Position numbers and translations under genes: made by a program. The notes beneath the pieces were generated by a model. It made no database searches. It was given only the letters and a program-made list of their open reading frames with translations, and was not told where the DNA came from. 64,000 nucleotides of DNA from Chlorobiota bacterium (GTDB lineage: Bacteria > Bacteroidota > Bacteroidia > Bacteroidales > JAADGE01): contig JAADGE010000001.1 of NCBI GenBank assembly GCA_013152535.1, positions 7-64,006 of the forward strand. The letters are read 5' to 3'. Below, in pieces: positions 10,096-19,000 of this stretch (positions within the stretch are counted from its first letter, which is position 1; every line of letters begins with the position of its first letter).

Positions 10096-11478
10096 TTATC
10101 TTAAACTTACATTAACAGAACGTCCTGATTTTATTATAAAATGACGTTCTTTTGACATTGAAGTCGTTTTCATTCCTTCGGGACGATATACGGCAATATA
10201 ATGCCCGGGTTGTAAATAAATACTTTTCAAAGTTATTTGATTAATATTTTCAATTAATTTCACATCTCCTTTATCGACTTTATAAATACCTCCGAATCCT
10301 TTAGACGGCAAATAAATGTTTACTAAACCGGGTTGTTTTATTTTTACCGAAGTTGTTTTGCTTTGAGTAATTTTAACATTTTTAATATATATACGCGGTT
10401 TGCTTAAAATTTCCAAATCGTAAGTTCCGACAAGATATTTTATCGGTTGAAACATCTCCTGAACATTCAAAGTTTTCATATTTTTGTGTTTTCGGACAAT
10501 ACATTTTACACCTTTTAATTCCAAACCTCTTGCTTGAATTATATTCAATTTTCCTTGCGGTGTTTTTGCAATAATTTTATTATGCTTACCTTCTTTAATA
10601 ACTATATTCTCTTTCACAACAGGAGGGATTGTATGCACTTTCATTTTATAAATAATACTTGACGGAAGAACAATTGTATCCGGATTTCCTTTATAATTCA
10701 AAGTATGAATAAAGTCTTTAAATAACATTCCCGATTTTTGATTAAACAAACTGATATTTACATTTGTTTCAGTCGGTTTTCCCGTAATATCCAATAAATC
10801 AATTTCTGCCGATGTTCCGTATAGTGATTTACGAACAACCTTTTTCATAATTTCGGCAAATTGTTCTTCATTTGTTGCATTATAAAAACTACCGATGCAA
10901 TCAAAAGCATTTTTGAACTCCACATCCAAACCGATACCTATAATAAATGGTTTTATTGTAATACCCTTATTTTGAAGCATAAGGGCAATTTTACACGGGT
11001 CACCTTTGCATTCTTCTTTGCCGTCGGTAATCAGAATAATAATATTACGGCAATTATAACAAGGCGGAAAATCATCGCCTGCTTCTTCAAGCGAACGTGC
11101 AATAGGTGTTGTTCCTTTCGGTACGGTTACTCTTAACTTCTGTTTTATCTGTTCTGCATTATTCTTGCTGAAAGGAACTTCGAGATGTGTATCGTTGCAA
11201 TCCTGAGGCGGCATTTTACTTTTGTTTCCGTACATTCGCAAAGCCATTTCCAGATTATCAACATTTTTCAGACTGTCAACCATTTTAATAAGAAGATTTT
11301 TGGCAATATCTATCTTTCTTCCTGTCTTCCAATTGCCTGTCATACTGTATGATTCATCGAAAATGAACAAAATACGGGTTTTCAGCGGACTTCTTTTTAC
11401 TTGAGCATCAATACTTGAAACCAAGGAAATACTGAAAACAAGGAAAAACAGTAAAAATTTATTATTTAATCTTTTCAT
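10096..11478 (-). CDS. Secreted von Willebrand factor A (VWA) domain protein
   Basis: Signal peptide. MIDAS motif in ILFIFDESYSMTG (DxSxS), downstream ILITDGKE. C-terminal beta-rich extension. Confidence 0.8.
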   Translation of the reverse strand: MKRLNNKFLLFFLVFSISLVSSIDAQVKRSPLKTRILFIFDESYSMTGNWKTGRKIDIAKNLLIKMVDSLKNVDNLEMALRMYGNKSKMPPQDCNDTHLEVPFSKNNAEQIKQKLRVTVPKGTTPIARSLEEAGDDFPPCYNCRNIIILITDGKEECKGDPCKIALMLQNKGITIKPFIIGIGLDVEFKNAFDCIGSFYNATNEEQFAEIMKKVVRKSLYGTSAEIDLLDITGKPTETNVNISLFNQKSGMLFKDFIHTLNYKGNPDTIVLPSSIIYKMKVHTIPPVVKENIVIKEGKHNKIIAKTPQGKLNIIQARGLELKGVKCIVRKHKNMKTLNVQEMFQPIKYLVGTYDLEILSKPRIYIKNVKITQSKTTSVKIKQPGLVNIYLPSKGFGGIYKVDKGDVKLIENINQITLKSIYLQPGHYIAVYRPEGMKTTSMSKERHFIIKSGRSVNVSLR

Positions 11479-11750
11479 CGGAAAAATTTAAAGTTTTTTT
11501 ATTGTTAATAATGCTTCGCTAAACTTTGCTGAAGTTACATTCAGAAAAGACGTAATATGCTAATTATTATCAAAATAAACACGCCTGTAAAATCTTGACA
11601 GAATTGTTATTTTCTGATACTTACAAAACTTCATCGAACCATTATACTTTTACAACTCGTAAAATTAATAATAATTAAGCTTTAAGCAGCTTTTTGTTTC
11701 GGAATTTATTCATTTACTTTTAAAAATATATTTCGACTTAATTTTTTGTT

Positions 11751-11758
11751 TATATTTG
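11751..11758 (+). promoter_or_regulatory. Candidate Bacteroidota -7 promoter box TATATTTG
   Basis: Matches TAnnTTTG, 20 nt upstream of the ATG at 11778. No good -33 TTTG at the expected spacing. Confidence 0.4.
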
Positions 11759-11777
11759 CAATACTAAAATATACTTT

Positions 11778-12773
11778 ATGACCAATCAATTACCTTCCGT
11801 TAAGAAAAAATCGTTTTGGAAACGCCCCGAAGGAAAAACAGGTGCATTTTTTTTAATTGCCGGTGCTGCTGTTATTGCAATTTATAATGTGCCTATTTTG
11901 AATTTCATAACAAGCTTATTAAAAGGAACAATAAGCACAATTGCTCTCGGAGCGGTCGTTCTTGCTTTATTGTATATGATTTTTGACAAACGTGTAAGAA
12001 ATTTAATTTGGTATATGTATAAAAGTTTTATGCGTTGGATTACCGGATTATTTGTCCAAATTGACCCGATAAAAATTCTTGAAAATTATGTTGAATATTT
12101 AAAGAAAAATATGCGCAAAATGAATATGCATATTACCCAACTGAAAGGACAAATTTCACAGCTTAAAACAATTATATTAAAAAATAGGCGTGAAATGGAA
12201 CACAGCATAAAATTAGCCGAACAGGCAAAAAAGCAAGGAAAAAACGAACTTATTACAATTAACACTCGACAATACGGAAGATTAAAAGAAACAAACGAAC
12301 GTTATCAAAAATTACTTGACAGAATGTTAGTTTTGTATAAAGTACTGAATAAGATACATATAAATTCCGGTTATTTAATTCAGGATACAGATAATGATGT
12401 TCGTATGCGAAAACAAGAACTTAAAGCTATCAGAACAAGTCATTCGGCAATGAAACGTGCAATGTCAATAATACAAGGCGACCCGGATAAACGGTTAATT
12501 TTTGATATGGCAACCGAAACCGTTGTTGAAGATATTCATAATAAAATTGGTGAAATGGAACGCTTCATCGAAATTTCCGGAAGTTTTATTGACAGCATTG
12601 ATTTACAAAACGGTATTTATGAACAGGAAGGATTAGAAATTCTTGAAAAACTTGAAAAAGAAGGTTCTTCATTTTTATTCGGTCAACCGAAAGAAGAAGA
12701 TTTATCGGAAATTCAAAAACAAGATAAAGAATTAAAAGATTTATCGGAATTATCAAAATCATTTGACGAATAA
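11778..12773 (+). CDS. Membrane-anchored PspA/IM30 (ESCRT-III-like) family protein
   Basis: Two N-terminal TM helices (aa ~22-70). Then the PspA-like entry motif DPIKILENYVEYLKKNMRKM and a long heptad-rich helical region. Acidic C-terminus. Confidence 0.55.
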   Translation: MTNQLPSVKKKSFWKRPEGKTGAFFLIAGAAVIAIYNVPILNFITSLLKGTISTIALGAVVLALLYMIFDKRVRNLIWYMYKSFMRWITGLFVQIDPIKILENYVEYLKKNMRKMNMHITQLKGQISQLKTIILKNRREMEHSIKLAEQAKKQGKNELITINTRQYGRLKETNERYQKLLDRMLVLYKVLNKIHINSGYLIQDTDNDVRMRKQELKAIRTSHSAMKRAMSIIQGDPDKRLIFDMATETVVEDIHNKIGEMERFIEISGSFIDSIDLQNGIYEQEGLEILEKLEKEGSSFLFGQPKEEDLSEIQKQDKELKDLSELSKSFDE

Positions 12774-12785
12774 ACAATTGAAATA

Positions 12786-13133
12786 ATGAAACGCAGATTA
12801 AAATTTACTCCTTTCTCAAAAATTATTTTTGTTATACTGATAATTGCAGCTGCAAGATATGTTTATGTTCATAAGAAAGATATACAAAACGGTAAGTTTT
12901 TTAATTTTACAGACACTTTAAACACTTCACATTACAATACGGATACTGTAAATGACATTCATAATATTGATACTGTAGTTTTTTATCTTTCTGAAAATGA
13001 CAGTATTATAAATATTAACATTAACAACCGGAATATAAAAATATTAAAAAACTCCGGCAGAACTTTATCTGATACTTTTATTTTTAATATTTCTGCAGAG
13101 AAAAGTATTGTCGGGAAATTAATATCAAAATAA
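12786..13133 (+). CDS. Small membrane-anchored hypothetical protein, likely co-transcribed with the PspA-like gene
   Basis: 12-nt gap after the upstream stop. One N-terminal TM (IIFVILIIAAARYVYV). Confidence 0.55.
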   Translation: MKRRLKFTPFSKIIFVILIIAAARYVYVHKKDIQNGKFFNFTDTLNTSHYNTDTVNDIHNIDTVVFYLSENDSIINININNRNIKILKNSGRTLSDTFIFNISAEKSIVGKLISK

Positions 13134-13143
13134 TACCATAAAA

Positions 13144-13947
13144 TTATATCAACATAATACCGGCACCGAACCTGCCGGTATTTCCTCGTCTTGCCGAAAA
13201 AAACAGATCGTTATTATCGTAAGTGCAGTAATTTGAAATCTCAATATTATTTTCCGGAATACCAATATCTATAAGTTCTTGTTATGCAGCATACCACATA
13301 TCAAAATGATATTTACCTGTTGTTTTATTAAATTGCAAATACAGATCTTTTGTTCCGAATGCTTTTTCAACCTCAGAAACCACATTTTCTCCTACCTCAT
13401 AATTTTTGACACTTATTGAGGGCCCTATTCCGACAATAATATCATTCGGATTAGAATTATATATTTCAATCATTTTATAAGCAGTTTTTTGTACGATTTT
13501 TTTTACAGTTCCTTGCCAACCGGAATGAGCAGCCGCAATAATATGTTTTTTTATATCGCAGAATAAAACGGGCATACAATCCGCAGCAAATAAAAATAAA
13601 CAAATATTTTTTTTATCAGTAATCATTGCATCGCTGTTTTGAACAGCATTTTTATGATTAATAACACCTCTGCCTTTATAGGTTTCATCAATAATCGTAA
13701 TATTATTTCCATGAACCTGATTTTGCATAACAAAATTCTCTAAAGGAATACTAACGGATTCGGATAATATTTTTCTGTTATTAATGACTTTTTTATCAGC
13801 CGTTTTGTTCTCTAAACTAATATTAAAATCAGAATTTACGGAATTTCCTGTTTTATAAATTCGAGATGAAATAAAGTGTTTAATTTTTTGTTCCGGGAAA
13901 AGATTAAAACGCAGAATATCAGTTTTTTCGGAATGATAAATTTTCAT
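13144..13947 (-). pseudogene. pgeF: Peptidoglycan editing factor PgeF (YfiH/laccase-domain family) interrupted by an in-frame TAA
   Basis: Family motifs DAMITD, FAADCMPVLF and AAAHSGWQGT lie in 13282..13947. The same frame continues past TAA (13282-13284) as QELIDIGIPENNIEISNYCTYDNNDLFFSARRGNTGRFGAGIMLI*, the conserved PgeF C-terminus. Confidence 0.8.
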
Positions 13948-13951
13948 TTTA

Positions 13952-15355
13952 TTATATTAATTTTACTCCGAGAATTAAAGCATCATCAGTTCTTTTTTGC
14001 TTTCCTTTCCATTTTCTGAATATTTTTTTGAATTGTTCTTTTTGGATAAACATGGGTTCATCAGAATTATCTGTTAATATTTTTTTTAATCTGTGAAACG
14101 AAAATTTTTGATCTTTTTCACCTCCGAATTGATCCGTAACACCGTCGGTAAATAAATAGAAAGTGTCATCTTTTGAAATATCAATGTAATTATTTTTGAA
14201 AGGTTTCATAGTAATATATGTCCCGACAGGCATGTTATCCGGAGAATAAGAAATGATTTCTTTTTGTTTCATTAAAATAAGAGGAAGATTTGCTCCTGCA
14301 TAATTCAATTGCTTTGTTTGAGAATCAAAAATACAAATTGCAACATCAAAACCGTCATTTGTAGTAGAACGAATGTTTTTTTGGTCTAAAGAATTGATAA
14401 TTTCCTCTCTGAATTTATTAAGAATTTCTGCGGCATTTAAAATATTCTTCCGTTTAATAATTTCTTCTAAAATAGTTATTCCCAACATAGACATAAATCC
14501 TCCCGGAACTCCGTGTCCGGTGCTGTCTGCCACTGCTGTTACAAAACAGTTATTAATTTTTGTAAAATAATAAAAATCTCCGCCTATTTTTTCTCTCGGC
14601 AGGTATAGCAAAAAATAATCTTTGGTGTTACGTTTTAATAAATCAACAGAAGGAAATACCGCTTTTTGAATTTTCTGAGCATATTTTATACTGTCAGTTA
14701 TATGTATATTTTGATTTTCTATTTTACTTTGATGTTGAAATAATTGTATATTTTGTTTTTTCAATTCGGTATTCTTAAATGATAATTCTAAATTTGTTCT
14801 GTCATACAATTCTGTATATGTGTAAAACAGATATATAACTCCAAACAGCACAAAAATAAAACCGATAAATAAATCTCCGTACTTATCTTCTCTTGAAGGA
14901 TATCCGAGTATTCTTTCCGGAAAAGTATATTCATAAAATAATAAAGCAATAAAAACAATAACAGTTATAGATATAAAAAGTTTAAGAACTTTTTTATTTT
15001 TTACGACTGCAATAATAAAAGTTGCATATACAAAGAAATAATATTGAAACCCGCCGGATGAACCGCCGTTTGAAATCCACATTATAGGTGTGTATATTAA
15101 CATATTAATCAAAATAGCCGTGTATGTAGGAAATTTGAAATTTGCTTTAACTCTTGAGAAATAATATAATATACTTAAAATAACAGTCATTCCTAAAGTT
15201 GTATAAACTGTTATCATCGGTAAATTCAACATATAATTTGATACAGATGCCTGAATACCGAGTAAAGCACCCAAAATTAATGCTGCATTACTAATTCTGT
15301 GATTAAGAGGGAACTCTTTTGAATTACCGAGAAATTTAGTTACTAATTTATTCAA
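13952..15355 (-). CDS. Multi-TM sensor fused to a PP2C/SpoIIE-type serine phosphatase
   Basis: About 7 hydrophobic helices in the N-terminal half. The C-terminal half carries GGDFYYF, VADSTGHGVPG and LFTDGVTDQ motifs. Confidence 0.8.
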   Translation of the reverse strand: MNKLVTKFLGNSKEFPLNHRISNAALILGALLGIQASVSNYMLNLPMITVYTTLGMTVILSILYYFSRVKANFKFPTYTAILINMLIYTPIMWISNGGSSGGFQYYFFVYATFIIAVVKNKKVLKLFISITVIVFIALLFYEYTFPERILGYPSREDKYGDLFIGFIFVLFGVIYLFYTYTELYDRTNLELSFKNTELKKQNIQLFQHQSKIENQNIHITDSIKYAQKIQKAVFPSVDLLKRNTKDYFLLYLPREKIGGDFYYFTKINNCFVTAVADSTGHGVPGGFMSMLGITILEEIIKRKNILNAAEILNKFREEIINSLDQKNIRSTTNDGFDVAICIFDSQTKQLNYAGANLPLILMKQKEIISYSPDNMPVGTYITMKPFKNNYIDISKDDTFYLFTDGVTDQFGGEKDQKFSFHRLKKILTDNSDEPMFIQKEQFKKIFRKWKGKQKRTDDALILGVKLI

Positions 15356-15405
15356 AATAATAAAATAAAATCATTGATTTGTAAAAATAAAAAAAAAAAA
15401 ACAAT

Positions 15406-16614
15406 TTACGGTATTAAAATTGAACTATCTCCGTAACTTAAAAATCTGAAATTATTTTTTAACGCATAATCATAAACTTTTTGCCAATCATCACCAATAA
15501 AAGCTGCAATCAGTAACAGTAAGGTACTTTTAGGTTGGTGAAAATTTGTTATCAGTTTATTTACAATTCTAAATTTATATCCCGGAACAATAATTATTTG
15601 TGTCGTAGCTTCAAAATAATTAATATTCTTACCTATCATATAATCATAAATCTCGGTCAAAGCTTCTTTTGCCGACAATTCCAAAGTAAATTCATAAACT
15701 TCCCATTGCGAAATATGAAAATCTTTTAAATCAAAATTATCTTTTAATTTAACTCCCAGCCAATACAAACTTTCTAATGTCCTGACACTTGTTGTTCCTA
15801 CGGAAACGATATTATTTATATTTGAAATTAAATCTTGAATTAGTTTCAATGTAATAATGAAATGTTCCGTATGCATATCATGATCTGCAATTATTTCCGA
15901 TTTTACGGGTTTAAAAGTTCCTGCACCGACATGAAGAATGAGATTTGAAGTTTTTATTCCTTTTTTACCTAATTCACTTATGACTTCTTTTGTAAAATGA
16001 AGTCCGGCAGTAGGTGCCGCAACAGAACCTTTTTGTTCGGAATATACCGTTTGATAACGAATTTTATCACTTTCTTCTGATTCTCGATTCAAATAAGGAG
16101 GAATTGGTGTTACACCGCCTGATTCTAATATCTCGGCAAAAGTAAAATCGGAATTATCCCAAGAAAATTCAATAATTTGTGTATCATGTTCTGCCGAAAT
16201 TCTGTTTGCACATAATTCAATATTATTATCAGAAATTTGAATATCAGAAACCAAAGTGTCTTTTTTCCATTTTTTAGAATTCCCGACAACACATTTCCAA
16301 ATACAACTTTTTGTTGTTTGAAAAATTTGCTCATAATCTGCCGGTTCATTAGGTTCAAGGCAGAAAATTTCAATTTTTGCTCCGGTTTTTTTACGAAAAA
16401 TTAAACGTGCCTGTATCACCTTTGTTGTATTGAATACAAGCAAATCCTTTTCAGATAACAGTTCCGGTAAATTATAAAATTTTTTATCTTTTATTTTCCC
16501 TGAATTATAAACTAACAGTTTTGAATTTTCACGATTTTTTAAAGGATATTTGGCAATTTTTTCACCGACTAAGTTGTAATTATAATTTTCAGTTTTAAGT
16601 TCTTTAATTTTCAT
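15406..16614 (-). CDS. queA: S-adenosylmethionine:tRNA ribosyltransferase-isomerase
   Basis: Motifs TPIPPYL, RYQTVY, GSVAAPTAGLHFT and SYGDSSIL. At 402 aa it is about 50 aa longer than typical QueA. Confidence 0.85.
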   Translation of the reverse strand: MKIKELKTENYNYNLVGEKIAKYPLKNRENSKLLVYNSGKIKDKKFYNLPELLSEKDLLVFNTTKVIQARLIFRKKTGAKIEIFCLEPNEPADYEQIFQTTKSCIWKCVVGNSKKWKKDTLVSDIQISDNNIELCANRISAEHDTQIIEFSWDNSDFTFAEILESGGVTPIPPYLNRESEESDKIRYQTVYSEQKGSVAAPTAGLHFTKEVISELGKKGIKTSNLILHVGAGTFKPVKSEIIADHDMHTEHFIITLKLIQDLISNINNIVSVGTTSVRTLESLYWLGVKLKDNFDLKDFHISQWEVYEFTLELSAKEALTEIYDYMIGKNINYFEATTQIIIVPGYKFRIVNKLITNFHQPKSTLLLLIAAFIGDDWQKVYDYALKNNFRFLSYGDSSILIP

Positions 16615-16631
16615 CTCAAAAAAAATTTCTG

Positions 16632-16664
16632 CAAAGATAAAATTTCCCGATTATATCAGTCAAT
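16632..16664 (-). promoter_or_regulatory. Candidate promoter for queA (ATTG-N21-TATCTTTG)
   Basis: Minus strand reads attgac-N-tatctttg. The -7 box matches TAnnTTTG and lies 18 nt upstream of the ATG. The -33 element has one mismatch to TTTG. Confidence 0.4.
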
Positions 16665-16793
16665 TATTTTTTTTCAAAAAAAACAGCGTTGAAAAAAATA
16701 TATAATTAAAGAAGAAGACAAACAGAATGGCATCTTAATTGCCAGATAAGTTGTTGATTATTAATTATTTATAAAATTTGTAAAGTATTTGGT

Positions 16794-17933
16794 TTATCTT
16801 AACAAATCTCTCGAAACCACTATTTTTTGTATTTCGGAAGTCCCTTCGTAAATTTGTGTTAATTTGGCTTCGCGCATCAGTCGTTCTACATAATATTCTT
16901 TAACATAGCCGTAACCGCCGTGTATTTGAACGGCTTCAGTTGTAACAAACATAGCTGTTTCGGCAGCAATATATTTGGCAGCGGCACTTGCTTTTTTGAA
17001 ATTTTTGTGTTGATCTTTCATCCAAGCTGCCTTATAAACCATATTTCGGGCAGCTTCGGTACGAATATCCATTTCTGCCAATTTAAAAGCAATTGCCTGA
17101 TGTTCCGAAATTAATTTTCCGAAAGCTTTTCGTTCTTTGGAATATTGAATTGCCAAATCTAGTGCTCCCTGTGCAATGCCAAGTGCTTGTGCGGCAATAC
17201 CTATTCTTCCGCCGTTCAGCGAAAGCATGGCAAGTTTAAATCCGAAACCGTCTTCTCCGATACGATTTTTTTTGGGAACTTTCACATCATTAAACATTAA
17301 AGAATGTGTGTGAGAAGCCCTTAATCCCATTTTATTTTCTTTAGGACCTATTTCAAAACCTTCGGTATCTCTTTCAACAATAAAAGCATTGATACCGTGA
17401 TGTTTTTTTTCGGGATGGGTGTGGGCGAAAACAATAAAATAATCGGCAAAAGAGGCATTTGAAATCCAGTTCTTGACACCGTTTATCAAATAGTGGTCTT
17501 CTTTTTCAATTGCTGTTGTTCTTTGTCGTGTGGCATCGGAACCCGCTTCCGGTTCAGAAAGGGCAAAAGCTCCGAATGCTTTTCCCGTACACATAGGAAT
17601 CAAGTATTTTTCTTTTTGTTCTTCGCTGCCGTAATATTCTAATCCGCGGTTAATCAGTGAATTTTGAATCGACATAACAACTGCTGCCGAAGCATCAATT
17701 TTTGAAATTTCTTCCACAGCTAAAACGTAAGAAACAGTATCCATACCTTCACCTCCGTATTTCGGAGCTGTCATCATCGACATAAACCCCATTTCCTGCA
17801 TCATTTTCAGCTGCTTCGCAGGCTCAATCTCTTTTTCATCTCTTTCGGTTACACCCGGAAGTAATTCCGTGCGAGCAAAATCTTTTGCTGCATCTTTCAG
17901 CATCAATTGTTCTTCGGTGAAATTAAAATCCAT
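16794..17933 (-). CDS. Acyl-CoA dehydrogenase (short/medium-chain, butyryl-CoA dehydrogenase-like)
   Basis: Full-length 379 aa with GAFALSEPEAGSD, WISN, QIHGGYGY and YEGTSEIQ motifs. Confidence 0.9.
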   Translation of the reverse strand: MDFNFTEEQLMLKDAAKDFARTELLPGVTERDEKEIEPAKQLKMMQEMGFMSMMTAPKYGGEGMDTVSYVLAVEEISKIDASAAVVMSIQNSLINRGLEYYGSEEQKEKYLIPMCTGKAFGAFALSEPEAGSDATRQRTTAIEKEDHYLINGVKNWISNASFADYFIVFAHTHPEKKHHGINAFIVERDTEGFEIGPKENKMGLRASHTHSLMFNDVKVPKKNRIGEDGFGFKLAMLSLNGGRIGIAAQALGIAQGALDLAIQYSKERKAFGKLISEHQAIAFKLAEMDIRTEAARNMVYKAAWMKDQHKNFKKASAAAKYIAAETAMFVTTEAVQIHGGYGYVKEYYVERLMREAKLTQIYEGTSEIQKIVVSRDLLR

Positions 17934-18009
17934 TATATACGTTTTATTTTTGTACTCTGTTAAAACTAATTATTTATGCAGATGCTCAACATATTTTTTA
18001 CAAGTTTGG

Positions 18010-18041
18010 CAAATTTAGATAAAATGTTCTGTTGTTTCAAA
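18010..18041 (-). promoter_or_regulatory. Candidate promoter for the acyl-CoA dehydrogenase gene (TTTG-N20-TAAATTTG)
   Basis: Minus strand has TTTG (18041-18038), a 20-nt spacer, and TAAATTTG (18017-18010). Both elements match the Bacteroides-type consensus, 77 nt upstream of the ATG. Confidence 0.55.
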
Positions 18042-18177
18042 TCTTTTTATAAGAATAAAAACAGAAATAATTATTAATTTTGAGTTTTTAAATTAAAAAA
18101 TAATAGAAATAGTAATTCTTCAAGAGTTTAACGGATAATTTTCCTGAATTCTTCTGAATTAAAAAATAAATATTACA

Positions 18178-18933
18178 ATGAATTATTCGCAAAGCTTAAA
18201 AATTACAGGAGTTATTTTTAAAAAAGAAGTCAGCTCTTTTTTCACTTCTCTCACAGGGTATATTGTTATTGCCGTTTTTTTGATTGCCAACAGTTTGTTT
18301 TTGTGGGTTTTTCCGGGTGAATATAATGTTTTGGACAGCGGTTATGCTAATTTAGATACTTTTTTCTTTATGGCACCCTGGGTTTTTTTATTTTTGGTAC
18401 CGGCAATTACTATGCGTCTTTTTTCTGATGAAAGACGTACCGGCACAATAGAAATATTATATACCGGACCAATGACAAATTTGCAAATTATATCGGCAAA
18501 ATATGTTGCCGGCATCGCATTGGTTATTTTTTCTTTAATTCCGGCATTAATATTTTTTATCAGCGTGGGTTTACTCGGAAATCCAATGTGGGATATTGAT
18601 ACCGGTGCTTTTTGGGGCTCTTTTATAGGTTTGTTTTTTTTGGCTTCCGTTTATGTAGCTGTAGGAGTTTTTGCTTCGTCACTAACTGAAAATCAGATTA
18701 TTGCATTTTTAGCAGCCATGCTTATTTCATTTTTCTTTTATATTGGTTTTGAAGCAGTCAGTAATCTTGATTTGTGGGGAAATTTCAGAGATGTTATAGA
18801 TAATTTGGGTATTGCTGCACATTATAAGTCTATGAGCAGGGGTGTTTTAGATACAAGTGATCTTATTTATTTTATTGCAGTTTCGGCTTTGTTTATTGTT
18901 TCAACAAAATTTGTTTTAGAAAGGAGAGGGTAG
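18178..18933 (+). CDS. gldF: Gliding motility-associated ABC transporter permease GldF
   Basis: ABC-2 type 6-TM permease with the characteristic N-terminus FKKEVSSFFTSLTGYIVIAVFLIANSLFLW and DERRTGTIEIL. Immediately followed by gldG. Confidence 0.8.
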   Translation: MNYSQSLKITGVIFKKEVSSFFTSLTGYIVIAVFLIANSLFLWVFPGEYNVLDSGYANLDTFFFMAPWVFLFLVPAITMRLFSDERRTGTIEILYTGPMTNLQIISAKYVAGIALVIFSLIPALIFFISVGLLGNPMWDIDTGAFWGSFIGLFFLASVYVAVGVFASSLTENQIIAFLAAMLISFFFYIGFEAVSNLDLWGNFRDVIDNLGIAAHYKSMSRGVLDTSDLIYFIAVSALFIVSTKFVLERRG

Positions 18934-19000
18934 AACGGGAATTAAAATTTATAAAGTTGAGAGTTTAAAAAGTTAATAATCGGAGATTAATTGAAAAAAG

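Noticed and set aside
13282-13284. Stop-codon reassignment or programmed read-through of TAA, given that the pgeF frame continues perfectly
   Set aside because: TAA is the ordinary terminator of most genes in this window, and no other gene shows in-frame TAA with conserved sequence beyond it. A single nonsense mutation or base error is the simpler explanation.
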